DNA from: an uncultured Candidatus Saccharibacteria bacterium
GTDB taxonomy: Bacteria > Patescibacteriota > UBA1384 > JAMDBS01 > CAYSHH01
Length of the DNA stretch: 64,000 bases
Direction of reading: 5' to 3'
Assembly: GCA_964430945.1 (NCBI GenBank)
Contig: CAYSHH010000001.1
Location: forward strand, 6,473-70,472
Of this stretch, positions 29,946-40,077 are shown piece by piece. Each line of letters begins with the position of its first letter. Position 1 is the first letter of the stretch. The position numbers and the translations under genes were made by a program. The notes under the pieces were generated by a model, which ran no database searches, had not been told where the DNA came from, and worked only from the letters and a program-made list of their open reading frames with translations.

Positions 29946-31160
29946 CTAAATATTTTTTAAACTATTAATTTTAATCAATTTAGATTCCTTTTCATTGCGC
30001 ATTTTTATCTCAACACTATCCTTTTCTAAAGTTTTTCTGCTAACAACAATCCTTATTGGCATGCCCATAAGATCAGCATCGGCAAATTTTTGTCCTGCTG
30101 ATACATCACGATCATCGATAAGACAATTGTCTTCACCAAATACCCTGATTACTTCTGATAGTTTTTCAGTGTCATCTGACAATTGTATTATATGATATTT
30201 ATAAGGTGCAACACTTTCAGGTAAAATCATTCCGTTTTCATCATGAAAAATCTCAGCAATTGTCCCCATAACTCTTGATGGACCAATACCATAGCATCCC
30301 ATAATAATCGGTCTATCTTTACCATCTTTATCTTTATATGTCATATTAAATGAATCTGAAAATTTAGCCTTTAATTTAAATATATTGGCTACTTCAATTG
30401 ATCTCATTTCTTCCAAATTTTTCCCCCCACACTCAGGGCATGTTTTTTGAACATCAATAATTTCTTTGTTTACTCCAGCCCCGCATTTTTTACACATATG
30501 AACTGTATCTTCACCAGTAGGACAAACAGCCTGAAACTCATGCGAAAATTTTGAAAAAGTCCCGCCAGATGCATAAACCAAATGTGTTAATTTACCCAAT
30601 CCAAGCCTCTTAAATATATTAAAATATGCTTTGATTGCTTTTTTATAATATTTATCAAGATCAGTCTCGTCTACATGAAAACTATACAGATCTTTCATGA
30701 TAAATTCTCTGCCACGAAGAAGTCCACTTCTGGCCCTTGGCTCGTTTCTAAATTTTGTTTGTATTTGATAAACCGCAACTGGTAAATCTTTATAAGAATT
30801 AATAAATTTTTGCACCAATGGTGTAACCACCTCTTCATGGGATTGATTTAAAACAAAATCACTACCGCTATGAAGTTTTGTTCTGAAAAGTATATCAAGA
30901 TTATCGCGTTTGGTTTTTTTATAGTTTTCGATAGAAGTCAAAGTTGGCATAAGTATCTCTTGACCCCCAATACCATTAATTTCTTCACGTATAATACTAT
31001 TAATTTTTCCAACCATTACAAGACCAAGCGGTAAATAACTATAAACCCCAGCCATCTGTTTAGACACAAATCCGGCTCGCTCTAAAAGTTGAGCATTAAT
31101 TGATTTCTCATCCTTTGATATTTCTTTTTGAGTTTTTGTAAACAATTTTGATAAATACAT
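29946..31160 (-). CDS. proS: Prolyl-tRNA synthetase, compact form lacking editing (INS) domain
   Basis: 404 aa. Class II motifs (AGFVSKQMAGVYSYLPLG; motif 2 FRNEPRARSGLLRGREF; motif 3 GCYGIGPSR). Cys-rich insert CKKCGAGV...CPECGG. C-terminal anticodon-binding domain. Confidence 0.85.
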   Translation of the reverse strand: MYLSKLFTKTQKEISKDEKSINAQLLERAGFVSKQMAGVYSYLPLGLVMVGKINSIIREEINGIGGQEILMPTLTSIENYKKTKRDNLDILFRTKLHSGSDFVLNQSHEEVVTPLVQKFINSYKDLPVAVYQIQTKFRNEPRARSGLLRGREFIMKDLYSFHVDETDLDKYYKKAIKAYFNIFKRLGLGKLTHLVYASGGTFSKFSHEFQAVCPTGEDTVHMCKKCGAGVNKEIIDVQKTCPECGGKNLEEMRSIEVANIFKLKAKFSDSFNMTYKDKDGKDRPIIMGCYGIGPSRVMGTIAEIFHDENGMILPESVAPYKYHIIQLSDDTEKLSEVIRVFGEDNCLIDDRDVSAGQKFADADLMGMPIRIVVSRKTLEKDSVEIKMRNEKESKLIKINSLKNI

Positions 31161-31239
31161 AATCAGTTTTTAACTTATAATATTCAATATGTTTCAAATT
31201 ATACCGATGGTCAATAATTGTCCTTTGTATCAAAATATA

Positions 31240-32358
31240 CTATTTAATAAACCATTTACTAATATCATTATACGTCACTACAGCAAACAAAATCAAAAGT
31301 ACAATAAAACCAAACCAATGAAGCGTATTTTCCCACCTTGCTTTCATAATTTTTTTACCTCGTATTGCTTCACCAACGATAAATAAAAGATGTCCTCCAT
31401 CAAGCGCAGGAATAGGCAACAAATTAAAAAAACCAACAGCAATAGATATCATTGCAATAAATCGAAGTACAAATATCCACCCATAACCTATAACTTGATA
31501 TAAAAGCGCAAATACACCAACCGGTCCAGATACCATATCACCTGATACCTGAGATTGTCCAAAAATACCCATAATTAGTCCACCAATAAATTGTACGCTT
31601 ACCCAGATTATGCTAACTATCTCCATAAAAGCCCAATATGGTGATTGCCACCAAGGAAAGTTTGGCATATCTTCTGATGATCCCGTCTCTGTAAGTCCTA
31701 CTCCAAGTGGCGTGTCAGTATTGTCCGGTAATACAGCTTTTTTAATCTCATCTTTTCCAAAATGATTTACTACTAAAGATATTTCCTTTCCTTTATTACT
31801 TGCTGTAATATTTTTCAAATCTTCAATATTCTTAATTTCTTGATCGTTGATACTTAATATAAAATCATTAGCCATAAGATTCATTTCCTCTGCAACTGAT
31901 CCTTTACTTACAGAAACTACAACAACTTGATTGGGTATATCTTTAGGTAACACCCAAAACCAAACGGTAAGGAGTATCCAAGCCAAAAGAAAATTAAACA
32001 ACACTCCCGCTACAATAATTTTTGCTCTCACCCATGGTGATTTCTCGGAAAATGAATCTTTGTTTTTATTTTCACTTTCCTCACCCAACATCCTGACAAA
32101 ACCACCAAATGGAATCCAATTGAGCGAATATATCGTATCATTGATATCTTTTCGTTTATCTATATTTTTTCCTCTCACGAATCTCCATTTGCCAGTTTCA
32201 GCCGATTTATACCAAGCAAAAATTCTTGGGGGATAACCAAGTCCAAATTCTTCAACTTTAACTCCATTTCTTTTAGCAATCCAAAAATGCCCTGATTCAT
32301 GAATCATGACGATAAGAGAAAGTATCAATATAAATATTACAATTGAGAGAAATAACAT
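31240..32358 (-). CDS. rseP: RIP site-2 metalloprotease (RseP/YluC family) with PDZ domain
   Basis: 372 aa. HESGHF zinc motif in TM1; central PDZ; LNLLPIPALDGG motif near the C-terminus. Confidence 0.85.
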   Translation of the reverse strand: MLFLSIVIFILILSLIVMIHESGHFWIAKRNGVKVEEFGLGYPPRIFAWYKSAETGKWRFVRGKNIDKRKDINDTIYSLNWIPFGGFVRMLGEESENKNKDSFSEKSPWVRAKIIVAGVLFNFLLAWILLTVWFWVLPKDIPNQVVVVSVSKGSVAEEMNLMANDFILSINDQEIKNIEDLKNITASNKGKEISLVVNHFGKDEIKKAVLPDNTDTPLGVGLTETGSSEDMPNFPWWQSPYWAFMEIVSIIWVSVQFIGGLIMGIFGQSQVSGDMVSGPVGVFALLYQVIGYGWIFVLRFIAMISIAVGFFNLLPIPALDGGHLLFIVGEAIRGKKIMKARWENTLHWFGFIVLLILFAVVTYNDISKWFIK

Positions 32359-32404
32359 ATATAAATTTATAATTATGCTAATGATCTAAAAACCAACTCA
32401 ATTA

Positions 32405-32962
32405 CTATACAGTTTTCAATTCTTTTTCTTTTTTATCGGATAACTCTTCTATCTGATCGTTATATGCCTTAACTACCTTATTTAATTCTTCCTCGCTATT
32501 GTATTTATCGTCTTCCGTGAGATCGCCATCCTTTTCCATCTTCTTGACTGTTTTCCAGACATCTTCTCTTAGATTTCTTACAGCAACCCGTGCTTCTTCA
32601 GATAACTTTGTGACAAGACTGGCAAATTCATTTCTTCTTTCCTCAGTAAGTGGGGGCAACGAAATACGGACATTTTTTCCATCATTTACTGGATTAAACC
32701 CTAGATCAGAATTTCGAATCGCATTTTCAATGTCACCCAAACTATTTACATCCCAAGGAGTAACAAGTATTTGATTCGATTCTGGAACTGTAATCGATGC
32801 CATTTGTTTTAAAGCTTGTTTCTGTCCATAATAATTAACTGAAACATTTTCTACTAAAGCCGAACTAGCTCTCCCTGTATGAATATTCTTATATTCTTCT
32901 TTTAGGCTTTCTATAACTTCATCTGATTTAGACTTCATGTCTTTAAGCATATCATTATACAT
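32405..32962 (-). CDS. frr: Ribosome recycling factor
   Basis: 185 aa, collinear with RRF (..HTGRASSALVENVSVNYYG..ISLPPLTEERR..). Confidence 0.9.
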   Translation of the reverse strand: MYNDMLKDMKSKSDEVIESLKEEYKNIHTGRASSALVENVSVNYYGQKQALKQMASITVPESNQILVTPWDVNSLGDIENAIRNSDLGFNPVNDGKNVRISLPPLTEERRNEFASLVTKLSEEARVAVRNLREDVWKTVKKMEKDGDLTEDDKYNSEEELNKVVKAYNDQIEELSDKKEKELKTV

Positions 32963-33091
32963 GAAAAAATCCTTTCTAAAAATAATTAAACTATCTACTT
33001 ATATTATATAATTTTCTCCCTATAAAATCAAAAACAGTCCCTAAAGACTGTTTTTGATTGAAATTCTACTTTATAAATGCTTTGAGAACTT

Positions 33092-33541
33092 TTATAAACC
33101 CAACCTCTTAAAATCAACCACCCTAATGTTTTCACCAATTTTTCCAATATTTTCTTCGATAAGTTCAGCAACAGTCATATCTTGATCTTTGATAAAAGTC
33201 TGAGCCAAAAGCTCTTTTTTATTCTTCGGATTCATGGATGCAATCTGCATTGCTAGATCATGTGCCAAATTCCTGAATTGCTCGTTTTTGGCAACAAAAT
33301 CGGTTTCACATCCAAGTATTACTATTGCTCCGACACGAGAGTCATGTATATATGCCTCGACAACACCTTGATCTGTAGTACGATCTTTTCTCTTTTCAGC
33401 CTTCATTGATCCTTCCTTTGACAAAGCTTTTTTTGCATTAGAAAAATCACCTTTAGCATCATTTAGAGCTTTTTTACATTCCATAATACCGAAACCAGTC
33501 TCCATTCTTAATTTTTGAATATCTTTTGCAGAAATAGACAT
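33092..33541 (-). CDS. tsf: Elongation factor Ts (short form)
   Basis: 149 aa. N-terminal UBA-like signature LRMETGFGIMECKKAL. Confidence 0.85.
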   Translation of the reverse strand: MSISAKDIQKLRMETGFGIMECKKALNDAKGDFSNAKKALSKEGSMKAEKRKDRTTDQGVVEAYIHDSRVGAIVILGCETDFVAKNEQFRNLAHDLAMQIASMNPKNKKELLAQTFIKDQDMTVAELIEENIGKIGENIRVVDFKRLGL

Positions 33542-33556
33542 ATTATCTCCTTAATC

Positions 33557-34258
33557 TTATTTTTCTGACTTAGTACTTTTCTTTTTATTATCACTAATAG
33601 TTTTCGCAATATAGTTACAAATATATTCAATGGTTTTTGGAGCATTATCATTACCAGCAATTGGGTATTCTATTTTGGTGAAATCAACATTTGTATTTGC
33701 CAATGCAATCACGGGAATACCTTTATTTTTTGCTTCTCTTATCGCTACATGCTCTTCACTGGGATCAACAACAAACAATGCATCAGGCATACCACTCAAA
33801 TCCTTGAGTCCATAAAAGAACCTATCCAATTTTGCTACTTCTTTTTCCATTCTAACACGTTCTTTTTTAATATATTTCTTTCCTTCTTCGCTCTCTAGTT
33901 CACTTTTTAATTTTTTATAACTATCAATTCTGGCTCTAATCGTTTTAAAATTAGTAAGAGTACCGCCAAGCCATCGATAATTAACAAAAGGCATATCACA
34001 TTCAAGCGCAGTTTTTCTAATAATATCTTTTGCTTGTTTTTTTGTTCCGACAAAAATAACTTTTTTTCCATCTTTCGCAAGACCAGCCAAAAAAGCGCTA
34101 GCACGATCCAAACCTTCGATAGTTTTCTCTAAATTTATGATATTAATTCCTTCGCAGATTGTATAGATGTATTTATTAGCTTTGGGATGGGATAGTTCCT
34201 TTTTGTGACCAAAATGTGCACCCATTTCCAAAAGGTCTTTTAAGGTTGGAGCTTGCAT
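33557..34258 (-). CDS. rpsB: 30S ribosomal protein S2
   Basis: 233 aa. LLEMGAHFGHKK..IFVGTKKQA.. conserved S2 motifs. Confidence 0.95.
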   Translation of the reverse strand: MQAPTLKDLLEMGAHFGHKKELSHPKANKYIYTICEGINIINLEKTIEGLDRASAFLAGLAKDGKKVIFVGTKKQAKDIIRKTALECDMPFVNYRWLGGTLTNFKTIRARIDSYKKLKSELESEEGKKYIKKERVRMEKEVAKLDRFFYGLKDLSGMPDALFVVDPSEEHVAIREAKNKGIPVIALANTNVDFTKIEYPIAGNDNAPKTIEYICNYIAKTISDNKKKSTKSEK

Positions 34259-34599
34259 TATTTAATATCCTTTCTTTTTAAATCTTTAATGTCTACTCTT
34301 TTAAGCTTCTTTTCAGTATTTTTCTTTTCCTCAACATTATTTTTTTTGACAACTTTCTTTTCATTCAACATTTTTTCCTTCTTGGCCAATCGTTCCTTGA
34401 ATTTATCTACTCTACCCGAAGTATCAACAAGTCTCTGTGTTCCAGTATAATATGGATGACACGCTGAGCATACCTCAACGCTTATGTTTTCGTCAGTTGA
34501 ACCAATTTGAAAACTAGCGCCACATGAACATTTTACATTTGCATTTGGATAGTACTTTATTTCATCAATTTTAATCTGTTCCTTTTTTTTACTTTTCAT
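34258..34599 (-). CDS. rpmE: 50S ribosomal protein L31 with Lys-rich C-terminal extension
   Basis: 113 aa. CSCGASF...CSACHPYYTG zinc-ribbon motif of L31; SD AGGTGG upstream. Confidence 0.85.
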   Translation of the reverse strand: MKSKKKEQIKIDEIKYYPNANVKCSCGASFQIGSTDENISVEVCSACHPYYTGTQRLVDTSGRVDKFKERLAKKEKMLNEKKVVKKNNVEEKKNTEKKLKRVDIKDLKRKDIK

Positions 34600-34748
34600 A
34601 TTCCACCTAAAAAATAATAAATAAACAATACTATTTGTATTGCTTATAGTTTTTTATAATTTTCAAATGGAATTATATCTTATTTTACTAATTATTGCAA
34701 GAAAACGCTTTTTCTGTTACAATTTGCGAAAATAAATATTGTATTTTT

Positions 34749-35654
34749 ATGGATAAAAATAAACAAAAAATTATAGAAGAACTGAAGAAAAATCAATCGC
34801 TTCTTGCCGAAACACAAGATGAAGACTTTAAAACTCTTATCAAAGAAGAGATTGATGCTCTATTGAAAAATTTGATATCCGATGATCCAACTGATAAAAA
34901 AAACATTATTATTGAGATTCGTCCAGCCGCTGGCGGTCAAGAATCTGAGCTTTTTGCATCTGATCTATGGAAAATGTATGAAAAATATTCTGAAAAAATA
35001 GGCTGGAAGGTTAGAGTTCACGATATTTCAAAAACTGGTATCGGAGGCATCAAATTTATTTCTGCTGAAATTCGTGGTGAAGATGTTTACAAACATTTCA
35101 AGTACGAATCCGGTGTCCATAGAGTTCAACGTGTACCAAATACTGAAAAATCTGGTCGTATTCACACTTCCACGGCTACAGTTGCTGTATTGCCCGAAGC
35201 AGACAAAATAGACCTTGAAATAAACCCAAATGATCTTCAAATAGATAAATTTCATTCTGGCGGATGTGGCGGCCAAAACGTAAATAAAGTTGAAACAGCA
35301 ATTCGTATAACTTATAAACCTACTGGGCTTGTAATCACCTGTCAAGACGAACGTTCACAGCTCAAAAACAGGCTTAAGGCTATGTCCATACTGCGATCCA
35401 AACTTCTCGAAGAAAAACGTCGAAAAGAAGAAGAAAAAATTGGCTCCGAAAGGCGATCTCAAGTAGGCACAGGCGATAGATCTGAAAAAATCCGCACCTA
35501 TAACTTCCCCCAGGATCGTATTACTGACCATCGCATCAAAAAATCCTGGAATCAACTTGAAAACATTCTTGCTGGTAATATGGATAAAATTATAGAAACC
35601 TTAAAAGAAGCCGATTATGAGAAAAAGAAAGAAATCATTCTCCAAGGACGATAA
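34749..35654 (+). CDS. prfA: Peptide chain release factor 1
   Basis: GGQ motif (HSGGCGGQNVNK) and a PxT-type codon-recognition tripeptide (RVPNTEKSGRIHTS). Start placed at the internal ATG (MDKNKQ...); ORF track extends to a TTG at 34695. Confidence 0.8.
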   Translation: MDKNKQKIIEELKKNQSLLAETQDEDFKTLIKEEIDALLKNLISDDPTDKKNIIIEIRPAAGGQESELFASDLWKMYEKYSEKIGWKVRVHDISKTGIGGIKFISAEIRGEDVYKHFKYESGVHRVQRVPNTEKSGRIHTSTATVAVLPEADKIDLEINPNDLQIDKFHSGGCGGQNVNKVETAIRITYKPTGLVITCQDERSQLKNRLKAMSILRSKLLEEKRRKEEEKIGSERRSQVGTGDRSEKIRTYNFPQDRITDHRIKKSWNQLENILAGNMDKIIETLKEADYEKKKEIILQGR

Positions 35655-35734
35655 TTAAACGAATTTAACATATAAAATAAACTGTCAGCTTATATGCTGG
35701 CAGTTTATTTTATATAAAGACAATTCAGTTAAAT

Positions 35735-36961
35735 TTATTTTGCTTCTTCCAACTTCAATTTAACTTCTTTTGTACTACCTTGATGTTGTATTTTAAGATT
35801 AACTTCATCACCGACATTGTAATTTCTTAATATTTTAGTAAGAGAGTTATTTTCATCTATTCTCTGACCGTCAATCTCAAGAATAATATCATTTTCTACG
35901 ATTCCTGCCTTATCAGCTGGAGAACCAAGCACTATTGCAGTAGTATTATTTCCTCTTAGAACCCAAGCGCCATAATTATCATCCAGGTTATTAGCTTCAG
36001 CGATTTCCTTGGTAATAGGAACGTATCTCACGCCAATCATTGGGCGTTTGATCTCACCAGTCTCCTTGATAGAATCAATTGCCTTTTTAACTGAATTTAT
36101 CGGAATCGCGAAACCAATATTTTGTGCCTCACTTGCTACAGCCGTATTGATACCAATCACCTGACCAGCAAGATTCACTAGTGGTCCACCAGAATTACCA
36201 GAATTGATTGCGGCATCGGTTTGAAGCAAACCATCAAGATTTTCGGATACACCCCCACCACTCGCAGTGATCTGACGCTCTTTCGCTGATATCACACCAG
36301 CAGTTACAGAATTAGAAAACTCTCCCAAAGCATTTCCAATGGCTACTACCCATTGCCCGATAGAAACATCATCGGAATCACCCAACTCAACTGTCTGCAA
36401 ACCATTTGCTTCAATTTTAAGTACGGCTAGATCATCAAGTGGATCAGTTGCGACAACCTTAGCATCATATTCTTTACCGTCATACGTATATATTTTATAC
36501 GTGCCATCTTGATTTGATGCCACATGCTTATTGGTCACGATAAGACCATCCGAAGTAATAATAAATCCCGTACCACCACCTTTCTCTTCATACGTTCTAC
36601 CAAAAAGATCTACCACATTTTGAGTAGTTGTAATTGATACAACAGCTGGAGAGACGTGATCAACCGTATCTGTAATAGCAGAAGACTCTTCAAGCTTAAT
36701 TTTTTCCGTCTTTGTAACTGGTATATTAAATTTATTAATACCAATTTTTTCTTGAAGACTTTGATGATCAGATAAATAAAGCAATGACCCCACCGCACCA
36801 ACTACGCCCATTACAAGTGCAACAATTAGAGTTAATATATAAAAACCTACTCCAGGACCACATTTTTTATTACCAGTTGAACTATAGGCATTTTTCTGTT
36901 TCTCGCTTAATTCATGCTCTTTACCGGCTTCATCGGTATAAGTAATTTTGGTTTTTGGCAT
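35735..36961 (-). CDS. htrA: HtrA/DegP-family serine protease with C-terminal PDZ domain
   Basis: Catalytic triad motifs (..TNKHV.., GNSGGPLVN) and PDZ. Start set at the ATG preceded by GGAGG (MPKTK...); ORF track extends to 37018. Confidence 0.85.
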   Translation of the reverse strand: MPKTKITYTDEAGKEHELSEKQKNAYSSTGNKKCGPGVGFYILTLIVALVMGVVGAVGSLLYLSDHQSLQEKIGINKFNIPVTKTEKIKLEESSAITDTVDHVSPAVVSITTTQNVVDLFGRTYEEKGGGTGFIITSDGLIVTNKHVASNQDGTYKIYTYDGKEYDAKVVATDPLDDLAVLKIEANGLQTVELGDSDDVSIGQWVVAIGNALGEFSNSVTAGVISAKERQITASGGGVSENLDGLLQTDAAINSGNSGGPLVNLAGQVIGINTAVASEAQNIGFAIPINSVKKAIDSIKETGEIKRPMIGVRYVPITKEIAEANNLDDNYGAWVLRGNNTTAIVLGSPADKAGIVENDIILEIDGQRIDENNSLTKILRNYNVGDEVNLKIQHQGSTKEVKLKLEEAK

Positions 36962-37041
36962 AATTCCTCCATTTGTAAGCCCGTAAGATAACAGGCAAAT
37001 TCTCCAATACAGCTTCATTAAAAACTGAGAACATTACATTA

Positions 37042-37335
37042 CTATTTTTTTATACAGACCTTATTCTTCAATTCTTCCTCTAATTTCTCTACTCTTTTAG
37101 CAAGTTTTTCTTCGCGTTTCAATATTTTTGTTGCAAACTCATTTATATAATAAGAAACCAAAACCGCCAGAATAGTTATAATAACCGCGTATATAAAAAG
37201 TGATAATACATCATCACCTTTCGAAACATATGTATTTATCAGAGTTTTGATAGCATCATTCCATGCAAGAGCTGCTAAAAGTGCAAAAGCTCCGGTGATA
37301 AGTGCTGCGAATTTTTCTACAAATTTCTTAGTCAT
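37042..37335 (-). CDS. Small membrane protein with C-terminal coiled-coil, hypothetical
   Basis: 97 aa; two hydrophobic helices then REEKLAKRVEKLEEELK. Confidence 0.4.
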   Translation of the reverse strand: MTKKFVEKFAALITGAFALLAALAWNDAIKTLINTYVSKGDDVLSLFIYAVIITILAVLVSYYINEFATKILKREEKLAKRVEKLEEELKNKVCIKK

Positions 37336-37362
37336 TTCCGTTATATTTAATTAATACATTAT

Positions 37363-38820
37363 TTATTTTATTTTCGTACCAATAATCTTGTTAACTATCT
37401 TGGGGTTAGCTTTTCCTTGAGTCTCTTTCATTACTTGTCCAACCAGAAACCCCATTACTCCTATCTGCCCAGATTTAATTTTTGCTACCGCATCAGGATT
37501 TTCTTTTACCACTTTTTCTACAATCTTCTCTATTTCTCCAGTATCAGATACTTGTTCAAGACTTTTTTCTTTTACAATCATATTTGGTGATTTTCCCTTT
37601 TTAACCTCAGGTAAAATATCCTTAGCAATTTTTCCGGAAATCTTACCATCCGATATCAAGATAATTATTTGAGCAAGATCTTTAGGCTTTACTGATAAAT
37701 CAGGAATCTCATTAACCATCCATTTCACAGCATCTTTAACAAATGAACAGTCCAACAATTTAATAATTTCTTCAAAATATTCTACTTTTTGTAAATCGTT
37801 AGCAATATGCTCAGCATTTTCTTTTGAAATTTCATACTTTTTTTGATATCTCTTCACCTTATCCTTAGGTAATTCCGGCAATTGTTTTTCGATTTCCTCA
37901 ATACAAATATCATTCTTATTTTTTAATTCTGTTTGATTACTTCTTACTTGTGTGGGCGGCAAATCTGGCTCAGGAAAATATCTATAATCAGCTGAAGTTT
38001 CCTTAACGCGCATCACATAGGTCTTGCTTCCTTTTTCATCCCAACCACGAGTTTGCTGAGCAATTTTTTCACCAGACTCAATAGTATCGATTTGACGCTT
38101 AATTTCATATTCTATCGCTCTTTCAACAGATTTAAACGAATTTAAATTTTTCACTTCAACTTTAGTTCCAAACTTCTTTTCACCAGCTTTCCTTACTGAA
38201 ATGTTGGCTTCGCACCTCATTTCACCTTTTTCCATATTTGCATCTGATACTTTTAGAGTTCTTAAAATCGTCTGATAATTTTTACAAAATTCTTTGGCTT
38301 CTTGAGCATTTCTAATATCTGGTTCTGTTACAAGTTCCATAAGAGGCGCACCAGCACGATTGAAATCCAAAAGTGAATAATCGACATCCGCTCTGCCTTC
38401 TGGGTGTTTACTTGTTCCCGTATCTTCTTCCAAATGAATTCTAGTGATTCCAATTTTCCTTACTTGATCATTAGGATTTATTTCCAAATACCCATCATAA
38501 ACCAACGGCAGATCATACTGGGATATTTGATATCCTTTTGGAATATCGGGATAAAAGTAGTTTTTTCTATCCCATTTGGTAAATTTATTCACTTTACAAT
38601 TTAATGCCAAACCAGTAAGTATTGTCCATTCGATCGCTTTTTTATTGAGAACGGGCAGTGTCCCAGGCATACCTAAACATACCGGACATACATTTTCATT
38701 TGGCCCAGAGTGAAATGGATCGTTTTTACAACCACAAAACATCTTACTATTTGTTTTAAGTTCTGCGTGTATTTCAAGTCCAATTATTACTTCATATTTT
38801 TTATTTATTACCTTTTCCAT
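37363..38820 (-). CDS. gatB: Asp/Glu-tRNA(Asn/Gln) amidotransferase subunit B
   Basis: 485 aa. N-terminal YEVIIGLEIHAELKT...MFCGC and C-terminal GatB/YqeY domain. Confidence 0.95.
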   Translation of the reverse strand: MEKVINKKYEVIIGLEIHAELKTNSKMFCGCKNDPFHSGPNENVCPVCLGMPGTLPVLNKKAIEWTILTGLALNCKVNKFTKWDRKNYFYPDIPKGYQISQYDLPLVYDGYLEINPNDQVRKIGITRIHLEEDTGTSKHPEGRADVDYSLLDFNRAGAPLMELVTEPDIRNAQEAKEFCKNYQTILRTLKVSDANMEKGEMRCEANISVRKAGEKKFGTKVEVKNLNSFKSVERAIEYEIKRQIDTIESGEKIAQQTRGWDEKGSKTYVMRVKETSADYRYFPEPDLPPTQVRSNQTELKNKNDICIEEIEKQLPELPKDKVKRYQKKYEISKENAEHIANDLQKVEYFEEIIKLLDCSFVKDAVKWMVNEIPDLSVKPKDLAQIIILISDGKISGKIAKDILPEVKKGKSPNMIVKEKSLEQVSDTGEIEKIVEKVVKENPDAVAKIKSGQIGVMGFLVGQVMKETQGKANPKIVNKIIGTKIK

Positions 38821-38859
38821 ATTTAAATTCCTTTGACAAAATATTTTAAAGACATATCG

Positions 38860-39651
38860 TCATTTATCCTTACCGATCATTGATACTAATTCCAAATCTT
38901 CTATATTAAAAACTCCTTTTTGGTTCCATCGATCCGATAACTCCTGACTCACGGGGACATAATCTATATTAAACTCACTATTTTCATACCCATTTTCTTT
39001 AAATAAATAATACACTTTGGCGGCTGATATATAATCTTTTTCTTTTAAAAAAATTTTAAAACAATCTTTTGATTTCTTGAAAACTTTATCCAAATTATCT
39101 TTATCAAGAGTAAAACCTAGTAATGTTATAGCATCAAAAATATGTGACGGATTCTTTGTATTGATTAAATTATCTATAGCCTCGTCATAGCTTATGTTTA
39201 ATTTCTTTTGCAAATATTCATCATCAAATAAATCAGGATTATAATTATTTTTATCTACTAAGTAATTTCTCGTAAGAATATTTCTTGTTCTCAATATATT
39301 TATCATACCATGAATCTTATCAAAAACATTTAATGATTTTTCAGCCTCATTTGTAATTTGTCTACACCTATCATCTATCACTGTTAGATAATCATTATTT
39401 GGTATAGCATAATTAAACTTGGTAGGTTTTTCAATTGATTTAATCGATCTAATCACATCATATGTTCTTAATACCTCCTCATACAACTTATTGTTTTGAT
39501 ATCCATCTAATAAATTATTGATCTGCATTCCGGATTCTAAGTCGCTAGAAATATTATCAATTAACTTATCAAATATTCTTTTGTCATTTAACTTTTCGTG
39601 TTCAATACAAGCTTCTTTTTTACTAAAACGCTTATTCTCTATATTATTCAT
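38860..39651 (-). CDS. Hypothetical protein (island gene 5, most distal from gatA)
   Basis: 263 aa, Asn/Lys/Asp-rich, no assignable domain. Start overlaps the stop of the preceding island gene by 8 nt. Confidence 0.45.
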   Translation of the reverse strand: MNNIENKRFSKKEACIEHEKLNDKRIFDKLIDNISSDLESGMQINNLLDGYQNNKLYEEVLRTYDVIRSIKSIEKPTKFNYAIPNNDYLTVIDDRCRQITNEAEKSLNVFDKIHGMINILRTRNILTRNYLVDKNNYNPDLFDDEYLQKKLNISYDEAIDNLINTKNPSHIFDAITLLGFTLDKDNLDKVFKKSKDCFKIFLKEKDYISAAKVYYLFKENGYENSEFNIDYVPVSQELSDRWNQKGVFNIEDLELVSMIGKDK

Positions 39652-40027
39652 TTAAAGCATTCTTAAGTTTTTCTTTCAAGTCACTCAGGCTATTATACAT
39701 AAAATTAATTTTGGATGTTCCACTCATAGTAGGAGATTCTTTAATCTTTTCATTCTGAAAACTAATTACCCTTTTTTCTTTTGCATAAAAATAACCTGCT
39801 TCTATTCCTACTCCAAAAGCGCATTCCGAGGCTTCACAAACAATCATATCGCACTCATCCATCTTTTTGAAAGCTAATCTCATCATTTCTTTCGCATCGG
39901 GAATATATCCTTCATCGATAAAACTATAACTTGTATTTCCAGATTCTCTTATAGCATCTTTGATAACGTTAACAATTTCTTCGTTACTACCGTCTTTTTT
40001 GAATCTTATACTTATAAATATTTTCAT
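39644..40027 (-). CDS. Nucleoside 2-deoxyribosyltransferase-like / SLOG-like small Rossmannoid protein (island gene 4)
   Basis: 127 aa. MKIFISIRF...CDMIVCEASECAFGVGIEAGYFYAKEKRVISF matches the NDT-family core (D..G...E.G.A...K.V), including the catalytic-type Glu. Confidence 0.5.
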   Translation of the reverse strand: MKIFISIRFKKDGSNEEIVNVIKDAIRESGNTSYSFIDEGYIPDAKEMMRLAFKKMDECDMIVCEASECAFGVGIEAGYFYAKEKRVISFQNEKIKESPTMSGTSKINFMYNSLSDLKEKLKNALNE

Positions 40028-40077
40028 AATTTATTAAATTTATTGTGTTATTGCATAATATTTTACTAACTCAATCA

